DNA of 64,000 nucleotides, taken from Isurus oxyrinchus. Lineage: Eukaryota. The DNA lies in contig JANJGN010000052.1 in NCBI GenBank assembly GCA_026770705.1, positions 2,356,001 through 2,420,000 of the forward strand, in the 5' to 3' direction. The notes beneath the pieces were generated by a model. The model searched no databases. It worked only from the letters and a program-made list of their open reading frames with translations, and was not told the origin of the DNA. The position numbers were made by a program, and so were the translations under genes. Shown piece after piece: positions 1 to 13,635 of the stretch. The number at the start of each line of letters is the position of its first letter. Position 1 is the stretch's first letter.

Positions 1-230
1 TAGGGAGGGGTGTAGGGGCTGGAGGAGGTTACAGAGATAGGGAGGGTTGTAAGGCCTGGTGGAGGTTACAGAGATAGGGAGTGTTGTAGGGGCTGGAGGA
101 GTTTACAGAGATAGGGAGGGTTGTACGGGCTGGAGGAGGTTACAGAGATAGGGAGGGCTGTAGGGGCTGGAGGATTTTACAGAGATAGGGAGGGTTGTAC
201 GGGCTGGAGGAGGTTACAGAGATAGGGAGT
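1..230. repeat. 37-bp tandem minisatellite (gagatagggagggttgtaggggctggaggaggttaca)
   Basis: About 6 visible units; the same unit occurs in reverse at 975-1080 and 53070-53450. Confidence 0.9.
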
Positions 231-1466
231 CGCTGAGGAGGGATTGAAAACAAGAATGAGAATTTCAGGGGAAACGACAGAAGGAAATGATGTTAAATTC
301 ATAGAGGGCGACAATATTAAAGGCACGAACATAATAATATCAAACTGCGGAAGAGACCAGTCTATCTGGGTGGTAGACGTAGAGTCATGTGCAAGAAACA
401 CCTCACCCAGAGGGACATCTCTTAGCTTAACCTCGACAAGGAGAAGAAGTGACTCAGCTGCAGGGAGAGCAGCAAAGTCAGAGTGAACAAGACAAGTCGC
501 CATTTCATCTGGGAGCTTCCCATCTCTGCCTGTCTCTTCTGATCTTCTGGCTCTGCTTTGATGCTTTGGTTTGTAACTAGAGGAGCTTCCTGCTCTTATA
601 CCTGAAACACTTGAAGGGGACAGCCGCGGGTGGGTAGCTGTGTGGTATCACACCCATTTCTGGATATTGCAGTGTCGATGTTCCCTGTCCCACTGGCCTG
701 GGACCAGCAGTAAGGTCACTGGGACATTGACTGTCTGGCGCCGAGAACTATCAGTCCCTCCGCAACGCCCTTCACCTTGTGCAAATATGTGTTCATATTG
801 ACGCAACACAACATAGCAAAAACATAGGGGCTGGTTCTTATGTCGGCAAATCAGGTGAACCGCATGCCCCCTAACCCATTACTCCTCTCATTGCTACACT
901 TACTATTTTACAAATTGTGTGCGTTGCTTTTATTTTGGACAAGGGGCCTCGAGGGGGAACTGATTTACAATTTGTAACCTCCTCCAGCCCCTACAACACT
1001 CCTTATCTCTGTAACCTCCTCCAGCACCTACAACACTCCTTATCTCTGTAACCTCCTCCAGCCCCTGTAACCCTCCCCATCTCTTGAAGGGTTCTCAAAA
1101 TTTCCAACTGTCAAGGAACCCTGGGTTGGTGAGCGTGACCCCTGACCTCTCCTAGTGCAATTTAGTTAGGGTTTGGGGGTGGGACAAGGGTAAGGGCATT
1201 AGTAGCGTGATTCTCCCTCGTTATGCCGTGTGTTCCCCATTCTTAACTCAGTGTACTTTGTAAGTCTGTATAATCTCAGTGTCATCCTAATGTTAGAAGT
1301 TCATTTGTGACTTCAGTAAACTCAGTTTTTGTCTTGCACCAAAACCAGTTGTCTGCTGCACTTTGTGACAAGCCCCGAATAAGTCCAAGGTCTAGAACCC
1401 AGGGAGTGGGAGCGATTCAGACGGCTCAGAAGTCGCAGGTGAAGCTGACACACACCACCACACCCT

Positions 1467-1712
1467 ACAAGGGGCTGAATGGCCTCCTCCTGTTCCTGTG
1501 TAATGGGCTTCAGTGGCTGAATGACCTCCTCCTGTTCCTGTATAACGGACATAAGTGGCAGAATGGCCTCCTCCTGTTTCTGTGTAACAGTCTTGAGGGG
1601 GCTGAATGGCCTCCTCCTGTTCCTGTGTAACAGTCTCGAGGGGGCTGAATGGCCTCCTCCTGTTCCTGTGTAACAGGCTCAAGGGGCTGAATGGCCTCCT
1701 TCTGCACTGTAA
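1467..1712 (+). repeat. ~42-bp tandem array derived from a CR1/SINE-type 3' tail (ggggctgaatggcctcctcctgttcctgtgtaac)
   Basis: Six visible units ending in ggcctccttctgcactgtaa, which resembles CR1-type 3' ends. Confidence 0.75.
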
Positions 1713-1959
1713 ACTTGTTGTGATACTGTAACTGCCTCTTTGGTTTCATTCAGCTGAATCTTCAGCTCTTCAGTCTCTTCCTTGTATCTCTTGCCTTCCT
1801 CCTGGAACATTGGACATGGTTGGGTCTTCCCTGCCAACTGTTTCTTCAGTTTGCTCAGAGCGGCACAGAATTCGCTTTCTTTCTCTTCAGGATTTTCCAG
1901 TGGAACCAACTCTGACCTGAGGGACACTTGCAGCCTGTGAGGATGCTTCAATTCTTCAA

Positions 1960-3075
1960 ACTCATTCCGAGATACACTCTCATATTCCCCCAGCAACTCA
2001 GCAACTCCTCCAGTGAAACATTTCAGAGCAGCTGAGCTTGGTTTTCTGGAACCAGTCTCGGCCCAGAAGACTAGGGCCCTCACCTGTCGCTATGATCACT
2101 GGAAGCTGGGCTGTCTGCTGCCTGTAGGACACAGGTACTGGGATGAGGTCCTTTCCCTGTATGGATTCTCCAGTGTGTGTCTTCAGCTGATCCATTGTTG
2201 GCTCTAAATTCAGCGTCTGGGTTCCTTCATTTAGCTGTTTAAATGTGGGCTCTTCCACCACTGTGTCTGAGGCTCCCGTATCTGCCCCATTACTAGTGGC
2301 TGCCCATTCACTTGGGTTGTGATGGTTATAGGTTCAGTTTTTACCACTGTGACATTGGACAGGGAATAGACATCGGTATCAGCAGCTTCAGGCTCTGTGA
2401 TATTATTCACTTCCATCATGTTGGTGCACTGCCTGATGGGCTGTCTCGATTTCACCCTGCATTGCTTTATTACCCGCCCCTTTCTTGTGGCAGTGATGGC
2501 ATTCTGCCCCCTTGAACCTGCAGGTGTCCGGTACGAGATCACTCCCCCCCACATCGAGAACAGGCCAACTTCGGAGTTGCTGCTGATATACTCCCACGAA
2601 GCCTTTTAGTTTCTGGAGCGGCAGAGACTGTCTCTCGCTTGGCGGCTGTCTCTCTCTCTCTCTCTCTCTCTCTCCAGTTTGAGCCTCACGCCCGGTGGTT
2701 GGTTCCTGTCCCAGCTGAGGACTGGTGCCATGTTGTACATCCTGTAAATCCCGCCAGTCTCTCCCAGCACTTTCCATGCCTGGCGCTATTTCCATGGTGC
2801 GCTTCAAATCGATGTCGGCTTCTGCGAGTAAACGGCTCTGAATGGCGTTGGGCTGAACGACACAAACCAATCGGCCCCGCAACATGTCATTGAGTGTGTC
2901 TCCGAGGTCCCAGTGCTCAGTCACCTGCTTCCACTTCACTGTATAGGTTGCGATGGACTCTCCCTGGGCCCTTACTCTGGAGTTAAACTTAAACCTCTGC
3001 ATTATTACCCACGGCTTCAGCTGAAAATACATCTTCATGAGGACGACTAATTGGTGAAAAGATTTAGAATTGGGT
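1960..3075 (-). mobile_element. Degenerate Ty3/Gypsy LTR-retrotransposon gag-protease remnant
   Basis: Frameshifted pieces: gag-like KSFHQLV..KPWVIMQRFKFNSRVRAQGESIATY..LNDMLRGRLVC; zinc-knuckle-like CRFKGAECHHCHKKG; protease region PITITTQVNGQPLVM...GEGPSLLGRDW. Confidence 0.85.
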
Positions 3076-4231
3076 GTAATACACGTCACTGTCTTCAGCT
3101 CTGAGACTGTCAATCCTCACCGAACAATTCTTCCCTTCCAAGTCACCGATTATTTTAGCACGTCCCACGAATGTGGCCATCCCATAATTGGGATCTTTGG
3201 TGTATGTGATGGTATATTTCCATCTATACCAATATTTATACCAAGCTCCGTGCAGTGCTGTGTAAGAGTGGGAAGGAAAGTCAAAGCTACACGGAATAAC
3301 CACACAAGAGCTGCTGATGGCCCTCCGAGGCAGCGCCTTCATAGACCATCCCTCTGACGTCACTCCTGAAAGGCAACAAGGGAAGAGACAGGACATCAAA
3401 AAGCAGAATATTACTTCAATGGAGAGAGGCAGCAGAATGCGGTACAGAGGGATCTGGGTGTCCTTGTACATGAATCACAGAAAGTCAGCATTCAGGAACA
3501 GCACGGAATGAGGAAGGCAAGTGGAATGTTGGCCTTTATTGCAAAGGGATGGAGTATAAAAGGAGGGAAGTCTTGCTACAACTGTACAGGGCGTTGGTGA
3601 GATTGTATCAGGAGCAGTGTGTACTGTTCTGGTCTCCTTACTTAGGGAGGGATAGACTCTGCATTGGAGGCAGTTCAGAGGAGGATCACTGGGCTGATTC
3701 CTGGGATGAAGGGGGTTTGTCTTATGAGGAAATGTTGAGCAGGTTGGGCCCTGTATCCATTGGAGTTTAGAAGAACGAGAGGTGATCTTATTGAAACATA
3801 TAAGATTCTAAGGTGGTGGGGGGTTTGACAGGGTGGATGCTGAGGGGATGTTACCCCTTGTGGGGGAATCCTGTGAAGCAATAAGGATGTTTTACTGCAT
3901 TAAAGGTGCTATATAAATGCACTGTCATTCCTATTGAAACAAGCTCTCTGATGCACAAACAGAAAATGCTGGAAAAACTCAGCAGGTCTGACAGCATCTG
4001 TGGAGAGAGAAACAGAGTTGGTGTTTCGAGTCCGTATGAGGCTTTTTCTTTTGCTACATTCTCTGACTCGCTATTCACTCACTCTCTGTGTGATCACTAA
4101 CCCTGTTCTCTAAAATTAAATGTTCACTTCCTCACTCCAGGAAAGAATCCAATTCCCTGAGTTCCGATCAGTAATGAATTTGTACCTTGCAGCAAGCTGA
4201 TGAAGATCAATATCAGACCGACCTCTCCCAT
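3076..4231 (-). pseudogene. Siglec-like gene A: leader exon plus truncated V-set exon
   Basis: Leader exon 4186-4231 (MGEVGLILIFISLLQ-G, phase-1 GT donor). V exon from AG acceptor at 3365: GVTSEGWSM..SCVVIPCSFDFP..GAWYK..GRAKIIGDLEGKNCSVRIDSLRAEDSDVYY, then gypsy sequence with a stop at 3064-3066. Confidence 0.8.
3427..3870 (+). mobile_element. CR1 LINE 3' fragment
   Basis: MEYKRREVLLQLYRALVR..QCVLFWSPY and RGDLIETYKI motifs typical of the CR1 ORF2 C-terminus. Confidence 0.85.
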
Positions 4232-4494
4232 CTTCAGTTCCTCATCTAAATGGAAAATGATAAAGACAGAGACTTTTTCATAAATTGTCCCCAGCGTTTC
4301 TTCCTCAAACAACAACTTGTGGTTAAATGGCACCTTTCAGTGAGTTAAACAGCCCCAGGGAATAAACTAATGTCAAGACAAGGAAGGAGAGATTGAGAAG
4401 GGACATCGCAAACCGATTCACCAAACACGGCAAAAATTCATTGTACCCTCACTCACTGTGCTGGGTGTCCAGCTTTTTCGCTCAGTGAGTTTAG

Positions 4495-7400
4495 TCCTCA
4501 CAATCTCTATCTATCGCACTCTTCTGCTCTATCTCTCTCTCTCACACACACATTCTCTCTCTAACACTCACAATCTCTATCTATCGCACTCTTCTGCTCT
4601 CTCTCTCTCTCTCACACACACATTCTCTCTCTAACAAACACAATCTCTCTCTATCACACTCCTCTGCTCTCTCTCTCTCTCACACACACATTCTCTCTCT
4701 AACACTCAATCTCTCTCGATCACACTCTTCTGCTCTATCTCTCCCTCTCTCTCACACACACATTCTCTCTCTAACACTCAATCTCTCTCGATCACACTCT
4801 TCTGCTCTATCTCTCTCTCACACACACATTCTCTCTCTAACACTCACAATCTCTCTCTATCACACTCTTCTGCTCTATCTCTCTCTCTCACACTCACATT
4901 CTCTCTCTAACACTCACAATCTCTCTCTATCGCACTCTTCTGCTCTATCTCTGTCTCTCACACACACACATTCTCTCTCTAACACTCACAATCTCTCTCT
5001 ATCGCACTCTTCTGCTCTATCTCTGTCTCTCACACACACACATTCTCTCTCTAACACTCTCAATCTCTATCACACTCTTCTGCTGTATCTCTCTCTCTCA
5101 CACACACACATTCTCTCTCTAACACTCACAATCTCTCTCTATCACACTCTTCTGCTCTATCTCTCTCTCTCACCCACATTCTCTCTCTAACACTCACAAT
5201 CTCTCTCTATCACACTCCTCTGCTCTATCTCTCTCACACACACACATTCTCTCTCTAACATTCACAATCTCTCTCTATCACACTCTTCTGCTCTATCTCT
5301 CTCTCTCACCCACATTCTCTCTCTAACGCTCACAATCTCTCTCTATCGCACTCTTCTGCTCTCTCTCTCTCTCTCTCACACTCACATTCTGTCTCTAACA
5401 CTCACAATCTCTCTCTATCACACTCTTCTGCTCTCTCTCTCTCTCACACACACACATTCTCTCTCTAACACTCACAATCTCTCTCTATCGCACTCTTCTG
5501 CTCTATCTCTCTCTCACACACACACCTTCTCTCTCTAACACTCACAATCTCTCTCAAATGCACTCTTCTGCTCTATCTCTCTCTCACACACACACATTCT
5601 CTCTCTAACACTCACAATCTCTCTCTATCACTCTCTTCTGCTCTATCTCTCTCTCTCACACTCACATTCTCTCTCTAACACTCACAATCTCTCTCTATCG
5701 CACTCTTCTGCTCTATCTTGTCTCTCACACACACACATTCTCTCTCTAACACTCACAATCTCTCTCTATCACACTCTTCTGCTCTATCTCTCTCTCACAC
5801 ACACACCTTCTCTCTAACAATCACAATCTCTCTCTATCACACTCTTCTGCTCTATCTCTCTCTCTCTCACACACACACACACATTCTCTCTCTAACAAAC
5901 ACAATCTCTCTCTATCGCACTCTTCTGCTCTATCTCTCTCTCACACACACACACATTCTCTCTCTAACACTCACAATCTCTCTCTATCGCACTCCCCTGC
6001 TCTATCTCTCTCTCTCACACACACATTCTCTCTCTAACACTCACAATCTCTCTCTATCGCACTCTTCTGCTCTATCTCTCTCTCTCTCACACACACATTC
6101 TCTCTCTAACACTCACAATCTCTCTCTATCACACTCTTCTGCTCTATCTCTCTCTCTCTCACGCACACACACATTCTCTCTCTAACAAACACAATCTCTC
6201 TCTATCGCACTCTTCTGCTCTATCTCTCTCTCTCTCACACACACATTCTCTCTCTAACTCTCACAATCTCTCTCTATCACACTCTTCTGCTCTATCTCTC
6301 TCTCACACACACACACATTCTCTCTCTAACACTCACAATCTCTCTCTATCACACTCTTCTGCTCTATCTCTCTCTCTCACACACACATTCTCTCTCTAAC
6401 TCTCACAATCTCTCTCTATCACACTCTTCTGCTCTATCTCTCTCTCTCTCACACACACACATTCTCTCTCTAACACTCACAATCTCTCTCTATCACACTC
6501 CTCTGCTCTCTCTCTCTCTCTCACACACACACATTCTCTCTCTAACACTCACAATCTCTCTCTATCACACTCCTCTGCTCTATCTCTCTCTCTCTCACAC
6601 ACGCACACATTCTCTCTCTAACACTCACAATCTCTCTCTATCACACTCTTCTGCTCTATCTCTCTCTCTCACACAGACACATTCTCTCTCTAACACTCAC
6701 AATCTCTCTCTATCACACTCTTCTGCTCTATCTCTCTCTCTCACACACACACATTCTCTCTCTAACATTCACAATCTCTCTCTATCACACTCTTCTGCTC
6801 TATCTCTCTCTCTCACCCACATTCTCTCTCTAACGCTCACAATCTCTCTCTATCGCACTCTTCTGCTCTCTCTCTCTCTCTCTCACACTCACATTCTGTC
6901 TCTAACACTCACAATCTCTCTCTATCACACTCTTCTGCTCTCTCTCTCTCTCACACACACACATTCTCTCTCTAACACTCACAATCTCTCTCTATCGCAC
7001 TCTTCTGCTCTATCTCTCTCTCACACACACACCTTCTCTCTCTAACACTCACAATCTCTCTCAAATGCACTCTTCTGCTCTATCTCTCTCTCACACACAC
7101 ACATTCTCTCTCTAACACTCACAATCTCTCTCTATCACTCTCTTCTGCTCTATCTCTCTCTCTCACACTCACATTCTCTCTCTAACACTCACAATCTCTC
7201 TCTATCGCACTCTTCTGCTCTATCTTGTCTCTCACACACACACATTCTCTCTCTAACACTCACAATCTCTCTCTATCACACTCTTCTGCTCTATCTCTCT
7301 CTCACACACACACCTTCTCTCTAACAATCACAATCTCTCTCTATCACACTCTTCTGCTCTATCTCTCTCTCTCTCACACACACACACACATTCTCTCTCT

Positions 7401-8330
7401 AACAAACACAATCTCTCTCTATCGCACTCTTCTGCTCTATCTCTCTCTCACACACACACATTCTCTCTCTAACACTCACAATCTCTCTCTATCGCACTCC
7501 CCTGCTCTATCTCTCTCTCTCACACACACATTCTCTCTCTAACACTCACAATCTCTCTCTATCGCACTCTTCTGCTCTATCTCTCTCTCTCTCACACACA
7601 CATTCTCTCTCTAACACTCACAATCTCTCTCTATCACACTCTTCTGCTCTATCTCTCTCTCTCTCACGCACACACACATTCTCTCTCTAACAAACACAAT
7701 CTCTCTCTATCGCACTCTTCTGCTCTATCTCTCTCTCTCTCACACACACATTCTCTCTCTAACTCTCACAATCTCTCTCTATCACACTCTTCTGCTCTAT
7801 CTCTCTCTCACACACACACACATTCTCTCTCTAACACTCACAATCTCTCTCTATCACACTCTTCTGCTCTATCTCTCTCTCTCACACACACATTCTCTCT
7901 CTAACTCTCACAATCTCTCTCTATCACACTCTTCTGCTCTATCTCTCTCTCTCTCACACACACACATTCTCTCTCTAACACTCACAATCTCTCTCTATCA
8001 CACTCCTCTGCTCTCTCTCTCTCTCTCACACACACACATTCTCTCTCTAACACTCACAATCTCTCTCTATCACACTCCTCTGCTCTATCTCTCTCTCTCT
8101 CACACACGCACACATTCTCTCTCTAACACTCACAATCTCTCTCTATCACACTCTTCTGCTCTATCTCTCTCTCTCACACAGACACATTCTCTCTCTAACA
8201 CTCACAATCTCTCTCTATCACACTCTTCTGCTCTATCTCTCTCTCTCACACACACACATTCTCTCTCTAACACTCACAATCTCTCTCTATCGCACTTTTC
8301 TGCTCTCTCTCTGTCTCACACACACACATT
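4495..8330. repeat. ~65-bp CT/CA-rich minisatellite with a 1507-bp higher-order duplication
   Basis: Unit cattctctctctaacactcacaatctctctctatcacactcttctgctctatctctctctcacacaca; rare variants (aaatgcac, atcttgtc) recur 1507 bp apart (5718 vs 7225). Confidence 0.95.
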
Positions 8331-8819
8331 CTCTCTGGCTCCCTCCCTCAAATACATTCTCTCTCTCTCTCTCAGACACAAACACTCTCTCACACACTCA
8401 CACACTTTCCCTAAAACTAACACAATCTCTCTTTCTGTCAAGCACACACACTCTCTCTCACACACACACACTCTCTCTCTCAGACACACACATTCTCTCT
8501 CTCTCAAACATTTAACATTTCTCTTCATCTCGCTCTTCTGCTGTCTCCCTCTTTCTCTCCCTCGCACACACACACACACTCTCTGTCACAAACACACTCT
8601 CTCTCCCACACACTCTCTCTCACACATTCTCACATGCACACTCTCTCCCTCATATACAAACACTCTCCCTCACACATGCACACACTCTCTCTATCTCTTT
8701 TTCTCTCTCACACAGTCTCTCTGTCTCTCTCTGTCTCTCAGACACTCTCTCTCTCTCTGATACAGAAGGTTTTAAGACCTGCTCATGATTTCAGCTCAAA
8801 ACCCAGGTAGATTCTCCCC

Positions 8820-8968
8820 AGTGAGGGAGTGGTGAGGGAGTGCTGCACTGTCAGAGGATCAGTACTGAGGGAGTGCTGCACTGTCAGAGGGTCAGTACTG
8901 AGGGCGTGCTGCACTGTCAGAGGGTAAGTACTGAGGGAGTGCTGCACTGTCGGAGGATCAGTACTGAA
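8820..8968. repeat. Short 33-bp satellite array
   Basis: gagggagtgctgcactgtcagagggtcagtact, about 4 units. Confidence 0.9.
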
Positions 8969-9374
8969 CACAATGTCCATTCAGAACAGCTCGGTCCCCG
9001 ATCAGAGAAACAGCCTCAGACAGAACCAACTGACGCTGGAATCCATACAATTCATCAACGTGTTGGGAGTTAGTTTGATGTCGGAGATGGAGTGTTACTG
9101 GGAAGGAGGGAACCCGTCAGGATGAACAGCTCGATGTACGACAAGGAAAGGATGAGCTAAGAGGGGTTGGTCACGGACAGACGGAGCATGTGAAGACTCA
9201 ACAAGCTAATGGCAGGTGAAGAGCTGGAAAGGTGTCTTTTCAACACAAGGTTTAGACACAGAACTCGATGTTTGATCGGGTATTTCAAACCAGAGAAACT
9301 CTTTACAGGGTGAATGGACCTTGTCAATAATCCATCCAGCCAACCTCGCCTGGAGATTAGTCCAATATTAGACA

Positions 9375-9645
9375 CTAAACCGAGTCCCCCGTCTGCCCTC
9401 TCGGGCGGGTGTGAAAGATCCCACAGCCACTATTTGGAGGAAGAGCAGGGGGGAGATCTCCCCGGTGTCCTGGGACCAATATTTATCCCTCACCCAACAT
9501 CACCAAAAACAGATGATCACATTGCTGTTTGTGGGAGCTTGCTGTGCGCTAATTGGCTGCTGCATTTCCTACATTACAACAGTAACCACACTTCGAAAAA
9601 AGGGTGCACTCACTTGTAAAGTGTTCTGGGACATCCAGAGATCAT
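9375..9645 (+). mobile_element. DeuSINE-like (SacSINE1-type) SINE fragment
   Basis: aaagatcccacagccactatttggaggaagagcagggg..ccaatatttatccctc..cacattgctgtttgtgggagcttgctgtgcg, recognised from memory as Deu-domain-like. Confidence 0.65.
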
Positions 9646-9690
9646 GCTATACAGAAGAGATTTGACAGGAGCAGCAAGTGTTTTACTTAC

Positions 9691-10010
9691 AGGAGAATGA
9701 GTTCCCAGGGTTGTAGAGTCAATCCTGTCAGATGAATGACTAACTGGAGACACTTCAGGGAGCTGATCTAATTCTGGAAATGTTCAGTTTACCAGGATCG
9801 GAGGAGAGATGATCTTCCTCTCCTGACTGCATCGGACACGAGGTAAACTAGCTCTGGGAGGAGGGTCAGTGTTAACCCAGTTTTTCTGTGTTTGAGGGAG
9901 ATGTGAAACTGGGGAAGTCACGTGGTTTTTTGGTGTGGTAACTCCATGTCTTTATTTGGTGCAGCACTCATTTAGTTCATGTCGTTGTTTCAATGCTACA
10001 AAACCACAGC
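9691..10010 (-). promoter_or_regulatory. Candidate non-coding first exon and promoter of gene A
   Basis: Strong donor GTAAGTAA at 9690; ETS-like GGGGAAGT at ~9911 and RUNX-like TGTGGT/AACCACA at ~9934 and ~10002. Layout parallels genes B and C. Confidence 0.35.
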
Positions 10011-10794
10011 GCATTCTGGACTATTTCTGCCTGACCTGCTGTCAGATACACACAGTCTGACAGAGAGGCGGAAAAGTGGTCCCTAGCAACGTGTGAAACT
10101 GTNNNNNNNNNNNNNNNNNNNNNNNNNNNNNNNNNNNNNNNNNNNNNNNNNNNNNNNNNNNNNNNNNNNNNNNNNNNNNNNNNNNNNNNNNNNNNNNNNN
10201 NNNNNNNNNNNNNNNNNNNNNNNNNNNNNNNNNNNNNNNNNNNNNNNNNNNNNNNNNNNNNNNNNNNNNNNNNNNNNNNNNNNNNNACACACACTCTTTT
10301 GCACAAACACTTTCTCTTTCACACACACACATACACACACACACTCTCTCTCTCACACACATGTTCTCTCTCACTCCCTCTCTCAAACGCACAATCTCCC
10401 TCTCTCTCAAACACACACACACACACACAATCTCACACACACACTCTCACATACACAAACACTCTCTCACAGACACACACTCTCTTTCGCACACACACTA
10501 TCTCACACGCACATTCTCTCTATCTTTCTCTCTCACACGTATACTCTCTCTCACTCTCACATAGACATTTTCTTTCTCTCACACACACTCTCTCTCACAC
10601 ACACAAGCTACCTCCCTCTCTCATGCACACACACTCTAACTCTCTTTTGCTCTCTCACACATACACACTCAGTCTCTCACACATACATTGTCTCTCTCTC
10701 TCACACACAAACGCACTCTCTCTCTCCGAGATGGAAGGTTGGTGTTTTGAGACCATGTCAAGGTTTCAGCTCAAAATGCAGACGGACTCTCCCC

Positions 10795-11190
10795 AGTGAG
10801 GGAGTGCTGAGGGAGTGCTGCACTGTTGGAAGGTCAGTACTGAGGGAGTGCTGCACTGTCGGAGGGTCAGTACTGAGGGAGTGCTGCACTGTCGGAGGGT
10901 CAGTACTGAGGGAGTGCTGCACTCCCAGAGGGTCAGTGCTGAGGGAGTGCTGCACTGTCAGAGGGTGAGCACTGAGGGAGTGCTGCACTGTCAGACGGTG
11001 AGCACTGAGGGAGTGCTGCACTGTCAGAGGGTCAGTGATGAGGGAGTGCTGCACTGTCGGAGGGTGAGTGCTGAGGGAATGCTGCACTGTCAGAGGGTCA
11101 GTACTGAGGGAGTGCTGCACTGTCAGAGGGTCAGTACTGAGGGAGTGCTGCACTGTCAGAGGCTGAGCACTGAGAAAATGCTGCTCTGTC
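10795..11190. repeat. 33-bp satellite array
   Basis: About 12 units of gagggagtgctgcactgtcagagggtcagtact. Confidence 0.92.
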
Positions 11191-11434
11191 AGACCTACCA
11201 TATTTCAGATGATGTTTGAAATTAGCAAGATGCATCATGTATAATTATATATCATCAGCTCAAAATAGATTATTCCTGTACGTTTCACTTTACTGTAAAT
11301 TGTTTGCAGTTTCATTTCCTTAGAAACTAGGCTTGTGTGATCACTATTTTTAAATAACATTTATAATAAAGATGCAACAATACACATGCACACAGGTACA
11401 CACACACACATTCACACACGTTCACACAGACACA

Positions 11435-13635
11435 CATGTCATAATTAAAAAGTTAGGGTCCAATAAAAAATTAAAAGAATATATGGTTAACACCTTTGCT
11501 TGTCTTTGAGGTATAGATTGTTGACGTTTGCAGCTGTTCAAGGTTAATTGGTTTCCTGTGGCATCCTGGTGGTGATTTGATTCAGATTTGCACTTTGTTG
11601 AAGATGCTCTGTTAGCTTCAGAAAGAGAGAGAGAGAGAGAGAGAATTTCTGCTCTTTTCCAGCAGTGTATTTGAGTGACTGCCATCTTTCTTTTTCCTCC
11701 TACTTTCTCTTATATTTTCTTGACAGAAGCTGTTGTTAAACTCCTGTCGGTATATTCTCAAAAGGGAATTTGATCAGCCTGTCTGTCATTCATTGTTACA
11801 GACCAAGTAATCCCATTTTTGATCTTTGTATCTCTGAAACATTTGATGCTTTTCAAGATATAAATCAACAGGAGATGGAGGCATTTCATCCTCCACAAGG
11901 GGTGTTGAACGGTTGATGAATATCTGCATGGTGAGCAGTTCCCATTACCTTGATAGACCTACAGTGATCAAAGTCCAACGCTTTGCATTTTTAAGGGAGA
12001 CCCTGTTTCAAGTGGACCCTGACACACCTCAGTGAGAACTTTCATGCAACATGTCTGTAGTGCAATTCATTTGAAGCTTTCCAGAGAAGTGATCAAGTTT
12101 GCAGTATCAGCAATCAGGTGACTCGTGACAGCCATTTTTGATCAGTGCCTAATCTTGTACTTTTGAAAAACAGGTCTCCTTTAAACAGTTCATTACGATT
12201 TTGGCTCATTGGTTAAGTTGAAGGAAGCTCTGTTATGACATAACAGATGGTAAATGCTGAGCTGTTCAAATCCTGGAGGGAAACTTGAAACAACTGTCAC
12301 AACCAATTTCCAACTTGTATGTTTTGAGATGTGGGCTTTGAATTCAGTAGTAATGAGATTAAGATATTTAAGAGGTAATTATGGTTGGTTGAAAAAAAGG
12401 GTTTAAAATATATTTTCCCCGAAATACGATTTCCAAAACAAGTCTCTTTGATTGTTAAGAATGAACCAATTAAACCATGTTTGGTGGAGTCAAAGAAAGA
12501 GTAAGTTTATTAGTTACCTAACTGGAGGAAAAATAATTAAAATGGGACAAAACACACACACAAACGCACACACACACACACACAAACGCACGTACACACA
12601 GATAGGTGCACAGGCATACACACACAGACACATACACACAGACAGGCTCNNNNNNNNNNNNNNNNNNNNNNNNNNNNNNNNNNNNNNNNNNNNNNNNNNN
12701 NNNNNNNNNNNNNNNNNNNNNNNNNNNNNNNNNNNNNNNNNNNNNNNNNNNNNNNNNNNNNNNNNNNNNNNNNNNNNNNNNNNNNNNNNNNNNNNNNNNN
12801 NNNNNNNNNNNNNNNNNNNNNNNNNNNNNNNNNNNNNNNNNNNNNNATAATTATAGAGTCCAATAAAAAATTAAGAGTCGTTTGCTTGTACTGCAGCGTA
12901 GGCTGTGAAGTTTGAAGCTGTTTTAAATTAGTTGGTTTTCTGTAGATTCCTGTATTTTATCTGGCTCAGACTTGCACATTGTTGAAGACACTCTGTTAGC
13001 TTCAGACAGAGAGAGAGAGAGGGAGAAATCATTTCTGCTCTTTTCCAGCAGTGTTTGTGGAAGACTGCCATATTTCTTTTTCCCCTCCTTTCTCTTATAT
13101 CTGCTTGGCAGAACCATTTGTTAAACTCCTGTCTGTATATCCCTGAAGTCAATTCGATCAGCATGTTTTACATACATTGTTATAGACCAAGTATTCCCAT
13201 TTTTTTATCTTTGCATCTCTGAAACCTTTGATGCATTTCAAGATATAAATCAACAGGAGACGGGGGTATTGTATCCTCCACAGGGGGTTTTGAATGGCTG
13301 ATGATTATCCGCTTGGTGAGCAGTTCCCACTGTTTTGATAGAACTACAGCTGATCAAAGTCCAGCACTTTACATTTTAATGCCTTCCTTTTAAGAGTGTC
13401 CCTGTTTGAAGTGAACCCTGACACAAGCCAGGCATGAACTTCCATGCAACAGGTCTGCAGTGCAATTCATTTGAACCTTTCCAGAGAAGTGATCAACTTC
13501 ACAGTATCAGCAATCAGGTGACTTGTGTCAGCCATTTTTGATCTGTGTACAATCTTGTATTTCTTTGATAAACAGATCACTTTTAGACAGTTCAATACGT
13601 CTTTGGTCTGTTAGTTAAGTTGTAGGAAGCTCTTA
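11435..13635. repeat. Diverged ~800-bp direct duplication (11435-12230 vs 12847-13635)
   Basis: Collinear shared blocks such as caagatataaatcaacaggaga and gcagtatcagcaatcaggtgact. Confidence 0.85.
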
